Source of the DNA: an uncultured Candidatus Saccharibacteria bacterium
GTDB lineage: Bacteria > Patescibacteriota > Minisyncoccia > Portnoybacterales > UBA2143
Direction: 5' to 3'
NCBI GenBank assembly: GCA_964596615.1
Contig: CAZQUN010000001.1
Coordinates: 66,786 to 130,785, forward strand
DNA: 64,000 nt
In this document: piece by piece, positions 48,282-56,623 of the stretch
Layout: each line of letters starts with the position of its first letter
Position numbering within the stretch: position 1 is the stretch's first letter
Translations under genes and position numbers: made by a program
The notes under the pieces: generated by a model
Told to the model about the DNA's origin: nothing
Database searches by the model: none
The model's input: the letters and a program-made list of their open reading frames with translations, nothing else

Positions 48282-48629
48282 ATGAGAAAAGTAGTAATAG
48301 TTCTTTTTTTAGTCGCTGTTATGATTTTTATGACGGCGATAGGGGCGACGGCTCGCCCTGGTCACGGTCAGGCTCGCGGTCACGGTCCACGATGGCATGG
48401 ACACGGGCATGGTCCACGGTGGCCCCTTGTACCATTTGTGCCATGTCTTGTTTCGTGGCCCCATCGTGATTCACCTCCCCGTGACTATTCCGTACGGTAC
48501 GACCCAGCAGTGCCTGCCCGCGGCTGCTGGATCTGGGTTGAGAGTTACCGGATTCCAGGACATTGGAATCGTCACGGTCATTGGGTCAACGAGCTCCGAG
48601 TGGGGGAATGGAAAAGGTGTCCCCCATAA
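48282..48629 (+). CDS. GC-rich small secreted His/Arg/Trp/Pro-rich protein (115 aa) with HGPRW-type repeats
   Basis: Strong SD AAAGGAGAGAGAA-ATG; signal peptide; ~60% GC body in a ~33% GC genome; strong terminator follows. Confidence 0.5.
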   Translation: MRKVVIVLFLVAVMIFMTAIGATARPGHGQARGHGPRWHGHGHGPRWPLVPFVPCLVSWPHRDSPPRDYSVRYDPAVPARGCWIWVESYRIPGHWNRHGHWVNELRVGEWKRCPP

Positions 48630-48644
48630 AAATAAACCCTTTCC

Positions 48645-48682
48645 GGCCAGCTCTATAAATGTATAGATCTGGCCATTTTTTA
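48645..48682. terminator. Rho-independent terminator (bidirectional)
   Basis: GGCCAGcTCTATAaatgTATAGAtCTGGCC hairpin followed by TTTTTT. Confidence 0.75.
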
Positions 48683-48701
48683 TTATGGCTCGTATTTGAC
48701 A

Positions 48702-49319
48702 TTATCCATTAATATCATTTAGAGCAATTTCGGCAACCTCCTCAGAGACTCCAAATATCTTTGACATTAAGACTGCTAGGTAGGAATCTAATGTCTTTTT
48801 GTCTATTTCCTCTAGTTTCTTGGATAAAGCAAGCTTATCTTTCTCTTTTAGTATTTTGTTTTTTCTAGACGCCAATATATCTCTTGGCACTAGCAAATAG
48901 TTAGCAAATTTATTTGCTTGTGTTTCCAAATAACTATACTGTTTTTCTGGAATTTCTCGGTAAAGCCTGTAAAAATCGATTGGATTTCTAATGTTAAGAC
49001 CCTTATAGAATTCTTTATGCAAAACAAAATGGCCCACTTCATGAGCCAGTGAAAATCTCAAACGATTCTGAAAACGATCGCTTAAAAACCTGCCTTTATC
49101 GACGTAGATGGATTTCCAGTTTGAAGTGATAAGAGCGTCAACATCAAAACTTTTCTGCAGTCCTGACTTGGGAATAAGGTCTATTTCTAGCTTTATATCA
49201 ATAATACTTTCTATATCAACTGGCACAGACCCATCCCAGAATTTTTCCCTAAATAAATCTGCTTTCTTTTTTACGACTAAATTATCTAAAAAGGGAACTA
49301 CTATCTTTCTGTAATCCAT
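48702..49319 (-). CDS. ImmA/IrrE family zinc metallopeptidase (COG2856-like)
   Basis: HEVGHFVLH HExxH motif; directly downstream of an XRE HTH gene. Confidence 0.7.
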   Translation of the reverse strand: MDYRKIVVPFLDNLVVKKKADLFREKFWDGSVPVDIESIIDIKLEIDLIPKSGLQKSFDVDALITSNWKSIYVDKGRFLSDRFQNRLRFSLAHEVGHFVLHKEFYKGLNIRNPIDFYRLYREIPEKQYSYLETQANKFANYLLVPRDILASRKNKILKEKDKLALSKKLEEIDKKTLDSYLAVLMSKIFGVSEEVAEIALNDING

Positions 49320-49320
49320 T

Positions 49321-49692
49321 TCAACTACCCCTGATTAATTCTATTAATTTATCTATTTCTTCCTTGGTCGGTTTTTTATTCCGAACAGTCCTAAAAAAAG
49401 CGGGTAGGTACTCAACCGCATTTTTTTGAGATAAGATATCCCGAGGAATAATGCCTTGAGCCACTTTAGCCTGATCTATAAGCTCCCCGGTTTTATTCTG
49501 GGAGAGTCCTAAAGTTTTTGCCCATTTTCGCAAGATTCTTTCATCAGACGGAGGAGAAATAATTCCTCTTTCTATTTTACTCCAATTACTTGGATCATAA
49601 TCTATTAACCGACACATCTTTCTTAGGGTTAGTCCTCTTTGAATCCTCATCTCTTTTAAGTTTTTACCAAATTTTTTAAGGTTTTTGTACAT
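49321..49692 (-). CDS. XRE-family helix-turn-helix transcriptional regulator
   Basis: LKEMRIQRGLTLRKMCRLIDYDPSNWSKIERG matches the HTH_3 pattern. Confidence 0.75.
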   Translation of the reverse strand: MYKNLKKFGKNLKEMRIQRGLTLRKMCRLIDYDPSNWSKIERGIISPPSDERILRKWAKTLGLSQNKTGELIDQAKVAQGIIPRDILSQKNAVEYLPAFFRTVRNKKPTKEEIDKLIELIRGS

Positions 49693-49719
49693 AATATTAG
49701 AGATAATTATTTATTCTCC

Positions 49720-49739
49720 TGTGGTATTATCCTACCACA
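49720..49739. promoter_or_regulatory. Operator-like palindrome TGTGGTA-ttatcc-TACCACA overlapping the XRE gene -10 region
   Basis: Seen directly; 7-bp perfect arms. Confidence 0.4.
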
Positions 49740-49767
49740 ATAATATGTTGGATGTCAAATAAACATC

Positions 49768-49776
49768 TGTGGATAA
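49768..49776 (-). promoter_or_regulatory. DnaA-box-like 9-mer, 9 nt upstream of the TTGACA -35 of the XRE gene
   Basis: The minus strand reads TTATCCACAgatgtttatTTGACA. Confidence 0.35.
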
Positions 49777-49962
49777 ATTCTACGGTTCGTATCTGATATT
49801 ATCTCCCAAAACAACATCGGAGCTAATAAGCTGCAAGGGCTGAGCACTACCATACCGGAAAAGGATATGGTCCAATTCTCCCCGACTGCCGGTAAAGAAC
49901 TTAATATTCTTCCAGTCGCCAACCGCCGGCGTTGTGCTGACATTGTCTTTTGAATTTTATTG

Positions 49963-51453
49963 TTAAATCTGAACTATTTCGTCCATTTTCGTCTGTAAGA
50001 AATTGTTAATTATCTCGTCCCTATTTCTATCAAGAACAGCATTAAGCAAGACAATTATATCTTTGTCCGTCAAAACAAATACATAAACGCTCCTATTGAT
50101 AACAAAATCTCTACAAGTTTCCAAAGCTCTTTTTTTATTTTTGATACCCCTACACACAATATACCCGATGGTAGATTCGCGGTTATTAAATCTGCCATTC
50201 ATTTGGTCATACTCAGGGTTATTTATGTCGTGACTATAATTCTTACATTCAAACAATATCTTAGCGCAGAATAATCTGCCATAATTAGATAGCCGCGAGA
50301 AAAAACCCCTATCGCTTGAATTATGAAAAGTAATGTCTATTCTTTTTCTGCCTTGGTTTTGGGGGTCTTCCTTTTTAGGACCGCATAAGTAATTACTTGA
50401 ACTGGGGTCATTAAAAATCGTATTTAAACAATCTAGAATATGTTCGTGATAATCGTCAGCATCTTGATTTCCGGGTTTTATTTTTTGAAACATTTTTATT
50501 TTCTGAGTTATAGACTCTTGTATCTCATTTTTTCTTCTTTGCTTCTTTATAATATCTTCGTTTCCAACAGTATTTAAAGCAACCTTGCTCTTTTTGTTCT
50601 TATATTCTTTTAGTAAAGTTGGACGGTCCTTAATATAATCAAACACTAGTTCCCGTGACAGATTATACCGCCCATCTTTTTTAAGAGTCTTCTTGTATGG
50701 TTTAGCTATGCTTTTGTCTTTAAGAGTCCGACATAAAGCAGTTCTCAAATCATAATGTCTGGCTTGCTCAAACTCCAGTATTCCTTTGTTGTAAAAGTCA
50801 GCATAATTTATTGAGATATGTCTTCTTAATACCCTTTTAGGCACTAGCAACATCTTTTTACCTTCAACCACCAATAATCTTTCTTGGTTTTTCTGAAGAA
50901 AATCCCTTTTAGACTCATCCCAAAATATCTTGGTCTGAGTTTCTGCCATATCAATACCATATAAATCACATTGTTGTTGGGTATACTTAATTAAATCTAA
51001 TCTAATTATGTTCGTTACAATATCAGATACATTATCATTTCCGATATTCTCTATATGTAACGCGGTATCTTCAAGGTCGTTTAAATAACCAGACTTAACC
51101 GCCTTACTCTCTTTTAATTTACGGTAAATAGCTCTTGATTTTTTTCTGCCAATAGATTTTCCATCCTTTGTCTTGCGACCATAACCCAGTCCAGTTTCGC
51201 TAGGTTCGTGTAAATTATCTAATAAATCTAAAGCTTTATCCCTATTGCCCTTACGGATATAATTTATCAATCTTTCAAAAACAGATTGTATCTTTTGATA
51301 GCAATCCACAGAAAAATCATCATCTCCGCATCTTATAGCCCAAGGATCAATAAATAGAGGCGTATCCTTTTTGATAAAGCAATCAAAAAAATCCAAATCA
51401 TACTGGGTTTTTCCTAATTCAAAATATTCGGAAATAGTCTTTTTCATTTTCAT
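49963..51453 (-). CDS. Hypothetical protein with C-terminal PD-(D/E)xK nuclease-like motif (restriction-endonuclease-like; possible defense protein)
   Basis: RIDITF ... LFECKNY (D...ExK arrangement); the 350-aa N-terminal domain has no recognisable motif. Confidence 0.35.
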   Translation of the reverse strand: MKMKKTISEYFELGKTQYDLDFFDCFIKKDTPLFIDPWAIRCGDDDFSVDCYQKIQSVFERLINYIRKGNRDKALDLLDNLHEPSETGLGYGRKTKDGKSIGRKKSRAIYRKLKESKAVKSGYLNDLEDTALHIENIGNDNVSDIVTNIIRLDLIKYTQQQCDLYGIDMAETQTKIFWDESKRDFLQKNQERLLVVEGKKMLLVPKRVLRRHISINYADFYNKGILEFEQARHYDLRTALCRTLKDKSIAKPYKKTLKKDGRYNLSRELVFDYIKDRPTLLKEYKNKKSKVALNTVGNEDIIKKQRRKNEIQESITQKIKMFQKIKPGNQDADDYHEHILDCLNTIFNDPSSSNYLCGPKKEDPQNQGRKRIDITFHNSSDRGFFSRLSNYGRLFCAKILFECKNYSHDINNPEYDQMNGRFNNRESTIGYIVCRGIKNKKRALETCRDFVINRSVYVFVLTDKDIIVLLNAVLDRNRDEIINNFLQTKMDEIVQI

Positions 51454-51455
51454 AA

Positions 51456-51854
51456 TCAGGGCAACGTCTCACAAGCCGACCCGTCTTTGTCTCGGTCTAG
51501 CCCGTGAACATCGTTAGATATTCCACCACAATACTCGTAGACCCCTTGGGCTTGTCTGTGGGTAGAGAAATCATCGCAGTTGTAGGCATTGTAAGAACAA
51601 GTATATTTCGGGGTTGGCTCGGGTTCTTTCTTAAAAATCTCGTCAAGCGTAGGTTTGGATTCAACTGGCTCTTGTTCTTCTTCTTTTAATTGTTCTGAAT
51701 CGGTTGGCTGTTCTAAATCAGCTGGTTGTTCTAACCTAGTATTAACCGACTGGATAATGTTTGCTTCCTGATTGTTCTTTTCATCACTACCAGAAAAAGC
51801 GATGATTAGGATAATCACCATTACTCCTCCAGCGATGTAAAGATATTTTTTCAT
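51456..51854 (-). CDS. Secreted Excalibur calcium-binding domain protein
   Basis: Signal/TM; C-terminal CDDFSTHRQAQ...GLDRDKDGSACE matches the Excalibur DxDxDGxxCE motif. Confidence 0.65.
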   Translation of the reverse strand: MKKYLYIAGGVMVIILIIAFSGSDEKNNQEANIIQSVNTRLEQPADLEQPTDSEQLKEEEQEPVESKPTLDEIFKKEPEPTPKYTCSYNAYNCDDFSTHRQAQGVYEYCGGISNDVHGLDRDKDGSACETLP

Positions 51855-51860
51855 ATTTTT

Positions 51861-52454
51861 TTATTCAATATCATCAATGTTATATCCAGCCGCCAAACAA
51901 TGGTCTTTAGTCATTTGTATTAAGCCATCCCAGCTATTTAGGTTTCCATCAATGTATTGTATTTCATTTCTGTATTTGCCGTATTTTGATTTTAAAAGAT
52001 TAACCTCGCCTATAAACATAAAATAAGCATTCTCTCGAGTAGTGCGTGCTTTAATGATACTTGGACAAAGTTGCTTTGGAGAATTAAGAACAGCCCCAAG
52101 CAAAAGTTCTCCTAATTCTTCAACATCATCGGTTGCTAATTTATATTCGGTCAAAATAGTATCGTTATCCTTTTGGGGTTGTATATAGACAGGTTTTTCT
52201 ATGATTTTTTCTTGTGGTAGCTGTTGTTTAAGTGTTTCTATTTCCTGTTTTAATGCTTCTATTGTATCTTGAGTAGTCGTGCCAGATTCATCGGACGTTT
52301 CTTGTTGATTAGGTAGTATTTGAGCTTTCTGATGTTGCCAATCACTATATTTGCCAAACCCATAAGAAAAAACTAAGCCGACACCGATGACAAGTAAGCC
52401 GACTTTTAACCATTCCTTTCTTAGGAATTCTATAATTTTGTCTTTTTCTTCCAT
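51861..52454 (-). CDS. Hypothetical membrane-anchored protein with coiled-coil
   Basis: N-terminal TM; QQ/EE-rich coiled coil. Confidence 0.35.
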   Translation of the reverse strand: MEEKDKIIEFLRKEWLKVGLLVIGVGLVFSYGFGKYSDWQHQKAQILPNQQETSDESGTTTQDTIEALKQEIETLKQQLPQEKIIEKPVYIQPQKDNDTILTEYKLATDDVEELGELLLGAVLNSPKQLCPSIIKARTTRENAYFMFIGEVNLLKSKYGKYRNEIQYIDGNLNSWDGLIQMTKDHCLAAGYNIDDIE

Positions 52455-52835
52455 ATTTTTATTATACTGACTATTTCTATAAAATCAACCCTGACAGATA
52501 GATGGATATTCAACAGAGATTAGATAGTAATCTTTTTAAAAATAAAAACCCAATAGGCCGTAAACTATTGAGTAAAAAGTTCTTTTCCTAGCCAGTTGTC
52601 TAATAGTTCCCAGATAATACTTGGATTAGCATAGCACCATCATCTCCTTTGTATACTTTAATTTAGGAATCCGAGAAAATCAGGTTCTCTAGGGTTTCCG
52701 AAGATTTACATATCTCCCCATAGAAACTGCAAGGGCTTGGGGCGTGAACTAGCCGAGCCTCATTTACAGCAACTGGCTAGGAAAATAGCTAGCGTATTTA
52801 GTTTAATTCTTTTATTTTATTTTGTCAAATCATCA

Positions 52836-53084
52836 TCAAGAGAACCCGATCCCATATCCTAAAAACCCGGCTAGGGCTGATTTGGAGATTTGTTTGATGC
52901 TCTTGTTATACCAAACCAGAGAAATTCCGCCCAGAAGTCCCAGCACAATAATTGCCATAAAGTGAAAAGGATATTCCAAATCCGGCAACTCGCGATAAAG
53001 TATCCATCCCCAAAGCAAACCGCCCAAACCAAATCCAATAATATTGATTAATAAATATTTTTTAAAAGATATATTCTCAAACAT
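52836..53084 (-). CDS. Small 2-TM membrane protein (82 aa)
   Basis: Strong SD (GGAGG) upstream; Gly-zipper-like GFGLGGLLWG. Confidence 0.45.
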   Translation of the reverse strand: MFENISFKKYLLINIIGFGLGGLLWGWILYRELPDLEYPFHFMAIIVLGLLGGISLVWYNKSIKQISKSALAGFLGYGIGFS

Positions 53085-53192
53085 AAAAATTCCTCCTTGT
53101 TTCTATTTTACCCCAAAAGCCAAACCAAACAAACAAACTTATTAACAACTCAACTATCGACATTCAATATCAATATTTTTGAAGAATAACCC

Positions 53193-53381
53193 TTGACGTT
53201 TATAATGCCTCGTGGTAGTATAAAGAGGCAACCCGCCAAAATGATACCCCAATTGGGTATCGTCTCGCGAAGTAGTGGACATCCTAGACAGCCATTATAC
53301 TGTCGCCTCCGTGCCCTAAAGATGGGATATAGCGGAGAATGGACCCACACGAAGAACGAGTGAGGCGGGTTTCTTCGTTTC
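53193..53381 (+). ncRNA. Candidate small RNA unit 1 (promoter TTGACG-17-TAGTAT; ~155 nt; terminator hairpin CGAAGAAC.../GTTTCTTCG)
   Basis: Promoter and terminator seen directly; no credible ORF (only a 16-codon frame); GC-enriched. Confidence 0.3.
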
Positions 53382-53437
53382 CTAAATTGTAGTTATGGGG
53401 TTATAGGGATATGGATAAGAGATATGCCTAAAAACTC

Positions 53438-53631
53438 TTGACAAGTTTGTTTGTATATGATACGATATTAACAATATTAGCGGCCTGCCGAAAAAAGACG
53501 ACCCCCAGTGTCTTCGGAGTAGAGGCCAGTATTACAGGGGTGATTGGAAGGAATAAAACCGCTCCCCTTCCGAAAAATTGTACTTGAGGCGGAACCCCCC
53601 GGGCGAAATAACAGTAACTCGGGGGTTTTTT
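53438..53631 (+). ncRNA. Candidate small RNA unit 2 (promoter TTGACA-17-TACGAT; ~160 nt; strong terminator CCCCCGGG...CTCGGGGG + U6)
   Basis: No ATG anywhere in the transcript; internal hairpins (GGCCTGCC...GGCCAG; GGAAGG...CCTTCC); followed by a conserved 45-nt block shared with unit 1. Confidence 0.45.
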
Positions 53632-53729
53632 CGCTTCCCAAATTGTAGCTGTGGAGTTATAGGTATATGGATGACAATCATAGCGACCCCGAACAATTCT
53701 ATCCCAAAACCAATAATCCCCCTAAAAAC

Positions 53730-53738
53730 TTATCCACA
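53730..53738 (+). promoter_or_regulatory. DnaA-box-like 9-mer adjacent to a bidirectional terminator
   Basis: TTATCCACA on the plus strand; a GCCGC-tggg-GCGG hairpin + T6 follows at 53741..53767. Confidence 0.3.
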
Positions 53739-53783
53739 ATAAAAAAGCCGCTGGGGCGGTTTTTTACTTACGCCACCAGCGGG

Positions 53784-53948
53784 TTAAGAATTTTGTTCCC
53801 TACTTTGAATATAATCCCATTTTATCCTGTCCTCTCGTATTTCTCTTTCCACGGGATCATTGTCTTCAATTGTCCGAGAATCGGCCCCGCATTCTGGACA
53901 GGATTCTCCCCTGCTAATCCTCCGGTAACCACATATTGGACAATCCAT
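53784..53948 (-). CDS. 54-aa double-CxxC zinc-ribbon protein (MDCPICGYRRISRGESCPECGADSRT...). Not in ORF track
   Basis: Hand translation; SD AAGGAGGG 6 nt upstream; promoter TTGACA-16-TAATAT at 54014..53988; terminator at 53741..53767. Confidence 0.55.
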   Translation of the reverse strand: MDCPICGYRRISRGESCPECGADSRTIEDNDPVEREIREDRIKWDYIQSREQNS

Positions 53949-54011
53949 CTTATCCCTCCTTCTTTGTAAATTCGCTTTTTTTAAGAATATTATCAGAAAA
54001 CGTGCTTATGT

Positions 54012-54044
54012 CAAACCAAAAAGGACCCATCCGTAATGGGCCCC
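54012..54044 (-). terminator. Rho-independent terminator of the 54094..54723 gene
   Basis: The minus strand reads GGGCCCATTACGGATGGGTCC + TTTTT. Confidence 0.55.
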
Positions 54045-54093
54045 GCGGCTCAGAAGAAGAATTGCAACCTCCATTTGTGCCTCCTGTTGAGAT

Positions 54094-54642
54094 TTAGTTG
54101 AAAGTGCTTGCTGGGATATGTGATGAAAGAGTCATGCCGCCTGTTTTTTCCATCGTTGGTTCGGTTTCCTTTTTTTCTTTTTTTGGTCCTGCTTTTGGTT
54201 TAGATTCAGGCAAGGGTTTAACTTCGGGAATTGGCCAATGGCATCTTGAGCAGATCATGCTCGTCTTTGCAAAGGAACCGGTATCTGTTACATATCTCCC
54301 ATTGACAAGAATGATCCTCTCGAATTCTCGACTTTTACCATTAACTCCCTCTTTGAGATGTTCGTGTTGCACTAATATACCATTCCGATAAAGCGCCCCT
54401 ACCCGATGAATGCCATTTTCGCTCTTTGTATTTTTAATCATGCAAAATTCGGAGGCAACCCAACGTTTTTTGGGCGTAATTACTTGAACGATTCCTGACC
54501 AAACATGAGGCCATTTAACCAGCTTTTGCGGATCAAACTTGCCTTCCCAATCTTTCTCCTTCGGAGGCTCTTCTGCTAACGCCACCACCCCCATTAAGAA
54601 CAAGGTGGCTACAACAATCAATATGATTCTTTTCTTTTTCAT
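54094..54642 (-). CDS. Secreted hypothetical protein (start trimmed to MKKKRIILIVV)
   Basis: SD GAGAGGTGAAGAG before the internal Met; signal peptide; two Cys pairs. Confidence 0.45.
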   Translation of the reverse strand: MKKKRIILIVVATLFLMGVVALAEEPPKEKDWEGKFDPQKLVKWPHVWSGIVQVITPKKRWVASEFCMIKNTKSENGIHRVGALYRNGILVQHEHLKEGVNGKSREFERIILVNGRYVTDTGSFAKTSMICSRCHWPIPEVKPLPESKPKAGPKKEKKETEPTMEKTGGMTLSSHIPASTFN

Positions 54643-54733
54643 CTCTTCACCTCTCTGCTTTTTAGTTTTTATGGTACTTTTCCTCTTTGTCTTTGGTATA
54701 GCGCTGGGAAGTGATTTTGTCAAGGGAAAAGCG

Positions 54734-54769
54734 AAACTACCGGCATCGTTAGTTAATAACCGGTAGTTT
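54734..54769 (-). terminator. Hairpin AAACTACCGG/CCGGTAGTTT (10-bp perfect stem) overlapping the stop of the upstream gene, followed by promoter TTGACA-17-TATACC
   Basis: Seen directly. Confidence 0.4.
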
Positions 54770-55397
54770 ATTTCAATTCCTCCTCTCTTTCTTTTTTGGA
54801 TCTATAACAGTAAATATAGACCCAGATACTCAAAAAGGCAAAAATGAGTCCAGGAGCAAGCAAGTAAAACAGAACTTCAAATAAATTTTGCCTGACCTTT
54901 ATTTGCCAGAAATAGAGGTTAAGAATTTCGTACGATTGGACATAAAACCATAACCCAATACTTGTAAAATAAAAAGATGCTTTAAACTTGCCCGTCCAGT
55001 GGACTGAAACATTAATCTTTTTGCGACGGCTGAAAAGACTAATGTAGGATAGAAACGCCTCGCCGACCAGGATTAAGATAATTAGCAATCTAATCCTGTT
55101 GATACCCTGAATCCACAATTCTTTGAAAACAAAGGCGAACATAGTGACTCCAAAGAACTTGTCCCTGGCTTGGTCTAGAAATGCTCCAAACTTAGATTTG
55201 GCATTAAGGGCAAAAGCGGCAAACCCGTCAGCTAAATCAGTCAGCCAAACAAAGAGAACCAGGTAGAAAATATCGGAATTGCTGAACGAGTAGGGCCCGA
55301 ACCATAGAATAATGTTAAGGCCTATAGTCACCACTATTCCTATGCCGGTGATAAAATTAGGAACATCTTGAAGAGTGATTCTTCTCATTTCTTTCAC
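54768..55397 (-). CDS. CDP-alcohol phosphatidyltransferase family protein
   Basis: DLADGFAAF...GAFLDQARDK matches D-x2-DG-x2-A-x8-G-x3-D-x3-D; 5-6 TM. Confidence 0.55.
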   Translation of the reverse strand: MKEMRRITLQDVPNFITGIGIVVTIGLNIILWFGPYSFSNSDIFYLVLFVWLTDLADGFAAFALNAKSKFGAFLDQARDKFFGVTMFAFVFKELWIQGINRIRLLIILILVGEAFLSYISLFSRRKKINVSVHWTGKFKASFYFTSIGLWFYVQSYEILNLYFWQIKVRQNLFEVLFYLLAPGLIFAFLSIWVYIYCYRSKKEREEELK

Positions 55398-55439
55398 CTC
55401 CTCCTGTGATAAATTTTCAAAAGAACCTAATATACATAA

Positions 55440-55457
55440 AGGGCCAAAATCGGCCCT
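55440..55457 (-). terminator. Hairpin AGGGCC-aaaatc-GGCCCT downstream of the protease gene
   Basis: Seen directly; weak U-tract. Confidence 0.4.
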
Positions 55458-55485
55458 CCGGTTAAACTAATGACTTGCGAAATTA

Positions 55486-56232
55486 TTAATTGATAATGAT
55501 GAATTCTTTGATTATGCCGGACGGAATTGTTTTAGTCAATCCTCTTGAGCTAACCAGGTTAAGACCAATAACTTCTCCTTTAATATTAATTAAAGGACTG
55601 CCGTTAGCCAAAGTATCTTCTTCAATTAAATTAAGTTTCAGAGTTGAATCGCTGATGCTTCTAATAGTTCCCAAACTGATAAATCTGTTTAATTCATTTT
55701 TTTCCAGTTTGATTCCGGCTAAGACAACTCTTTGTCCAAGACGAAGGTCTCCTGGTTCAACCAATGAAACAACCGGCAAATTATCCTGGTCTATCTTAAG
55801 AAGAACCAGATTATTCTCTAAATCTCTTTTAATCACCTGGGCAGAAAGATAATCTCCGTTTTTAATAATCCAGTAATTATTTGTCCTTGAAGAAATTAAA
55901 TCAGCGGCGGTAATAATTAAGCCGTCGCTTGTGATAATAAAGCCGGTCCCCTGATTAATCAGAGTCTTATTCTGATAAGATTGAACCGCAACTAGACGAG
56001 GACTAATCCTTTCAATTGCCTCTTCCAAAGCGGTATTTTCAGTAATAATAATTTCCTCAGTCGGATTGATAATGGTCGTCCCATTGCCAGCATGACGGAA
56101 AAATTCAATCTTTGAAAAAGGCGGAATAGTTGCTAAATAGGGCAGGAGGAGATTATCAGCCAAAACGCCTCCCAGGCCTCCAATAACCAGAATCAAAAAA
56201 ATGTTTATGGTCTTATCTTTTAATTTAGACAT
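55486..56232 (-). CDS. Membrane-anchored trypsin-like (S1/DegP-like) serine protease domain protein
   Basis: GTGFIITSDGLIITAAD; ANGSPLINIKGEVIGLN resembles the GNSGGPL..G.VIGIN catalytic-Ser region. Confidence 0.45.
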   Translation of the reverse strand: MSKLKDKTINIFLILVIGGLGGVLADNLLLPYLATIPPFSKIEFFRHAGNGTTIINPTEEIIITENTALEEAIERISPRLVAVQSYQNKTLINQGTGFIITSDGLIITAADLISSRTNNYWIIKNGDYLSAQVIKRDLENNLVLLKIDQDNLPVVSLVEPGDLRLGQRVVLAGIKLEKNELNRFISLGTIRSISDSTLKLNLIEEDTLANGSPLINIKGEVIGLNLVSSRGLTKTIPSGIIKEFIIIN

Positions 56233-56272
56233 AGGGTTTGATTATGGCCGCTTAAATGATAAATGTCAATAT

Positions 56273-56623
56273 TTACCAGGTCACCTCGATTTTCCGGCTG
56301 GCTCCTTGGAATTGGCCAATAGATGTAATTGTATCCGACCCATTATAGGTCGTTGTATAGATGGCATCAGCGCTGAAATCAAGAGCAACATCGGTATAGG
56401 GGCAACTACCAGCTCCGTTTTGCCTGACTTCGTAAAGGCATTTTTCCGCCCCGGCATCGGCAGTATAAAAAGCAATAACTGACTTTCCTGCCTGGCGGGA
56501 GGCCTCAATTTGCTGGATTGCTAAAGCGCCGACTCCGAATCCAATGGCCGTAATTGCGCTTAGAATTAAAAGAGTCAGAATGATTGCTACAGCTCCTTGT
56601 TGATTGATATTTTTTGTTCTCAT
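56273..56623 (-). CDS. PilX-like minor pilin / pilus assembly protein
   Basis: N-terminal QQGAVAIILTLLILSAIT matches the PilX_N pattern. Confidence 0.45.
   Translation of the reverse strand: MRTKNINQQGAVAIILTLLILSAITAIGFGVGALAIQQIEASRQAGKSVIAFYTADAGAEKCLYEVRQNGAGSCPYTDVALDFSADAIYTTTYNGSDTITSIGQFQGASRKIEVTW

Noticed and set aside
48397-48666. Alternative 89-aa frame within the GC-rich mini-gene
   Set aside because: No SD or signal peptide. The 48282 frame has both and terminates just before the terminator hairpin.
49755-49943. 62-aa minus ORF
   Set aside because: Lies in the promoter/operator region of the XRE gene (contains the DnaA-box 9-mer and TTGACA); no SD. GC-rich segment more likely non-coding or a remnant.
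52455-52560. Possible leader peptide MMVLC after AAGGAG on minus strand
   Set aside because: Too short, and SD spacing is zero; no attenuator-like alternative hairpins identified.
53667-53969. 100-aa plus-strand ORF
   Set aside because: Low-complexity, odd composition. It contains a terminator hairpin and is antisense to a well-signalled zinc-ribbon gene.
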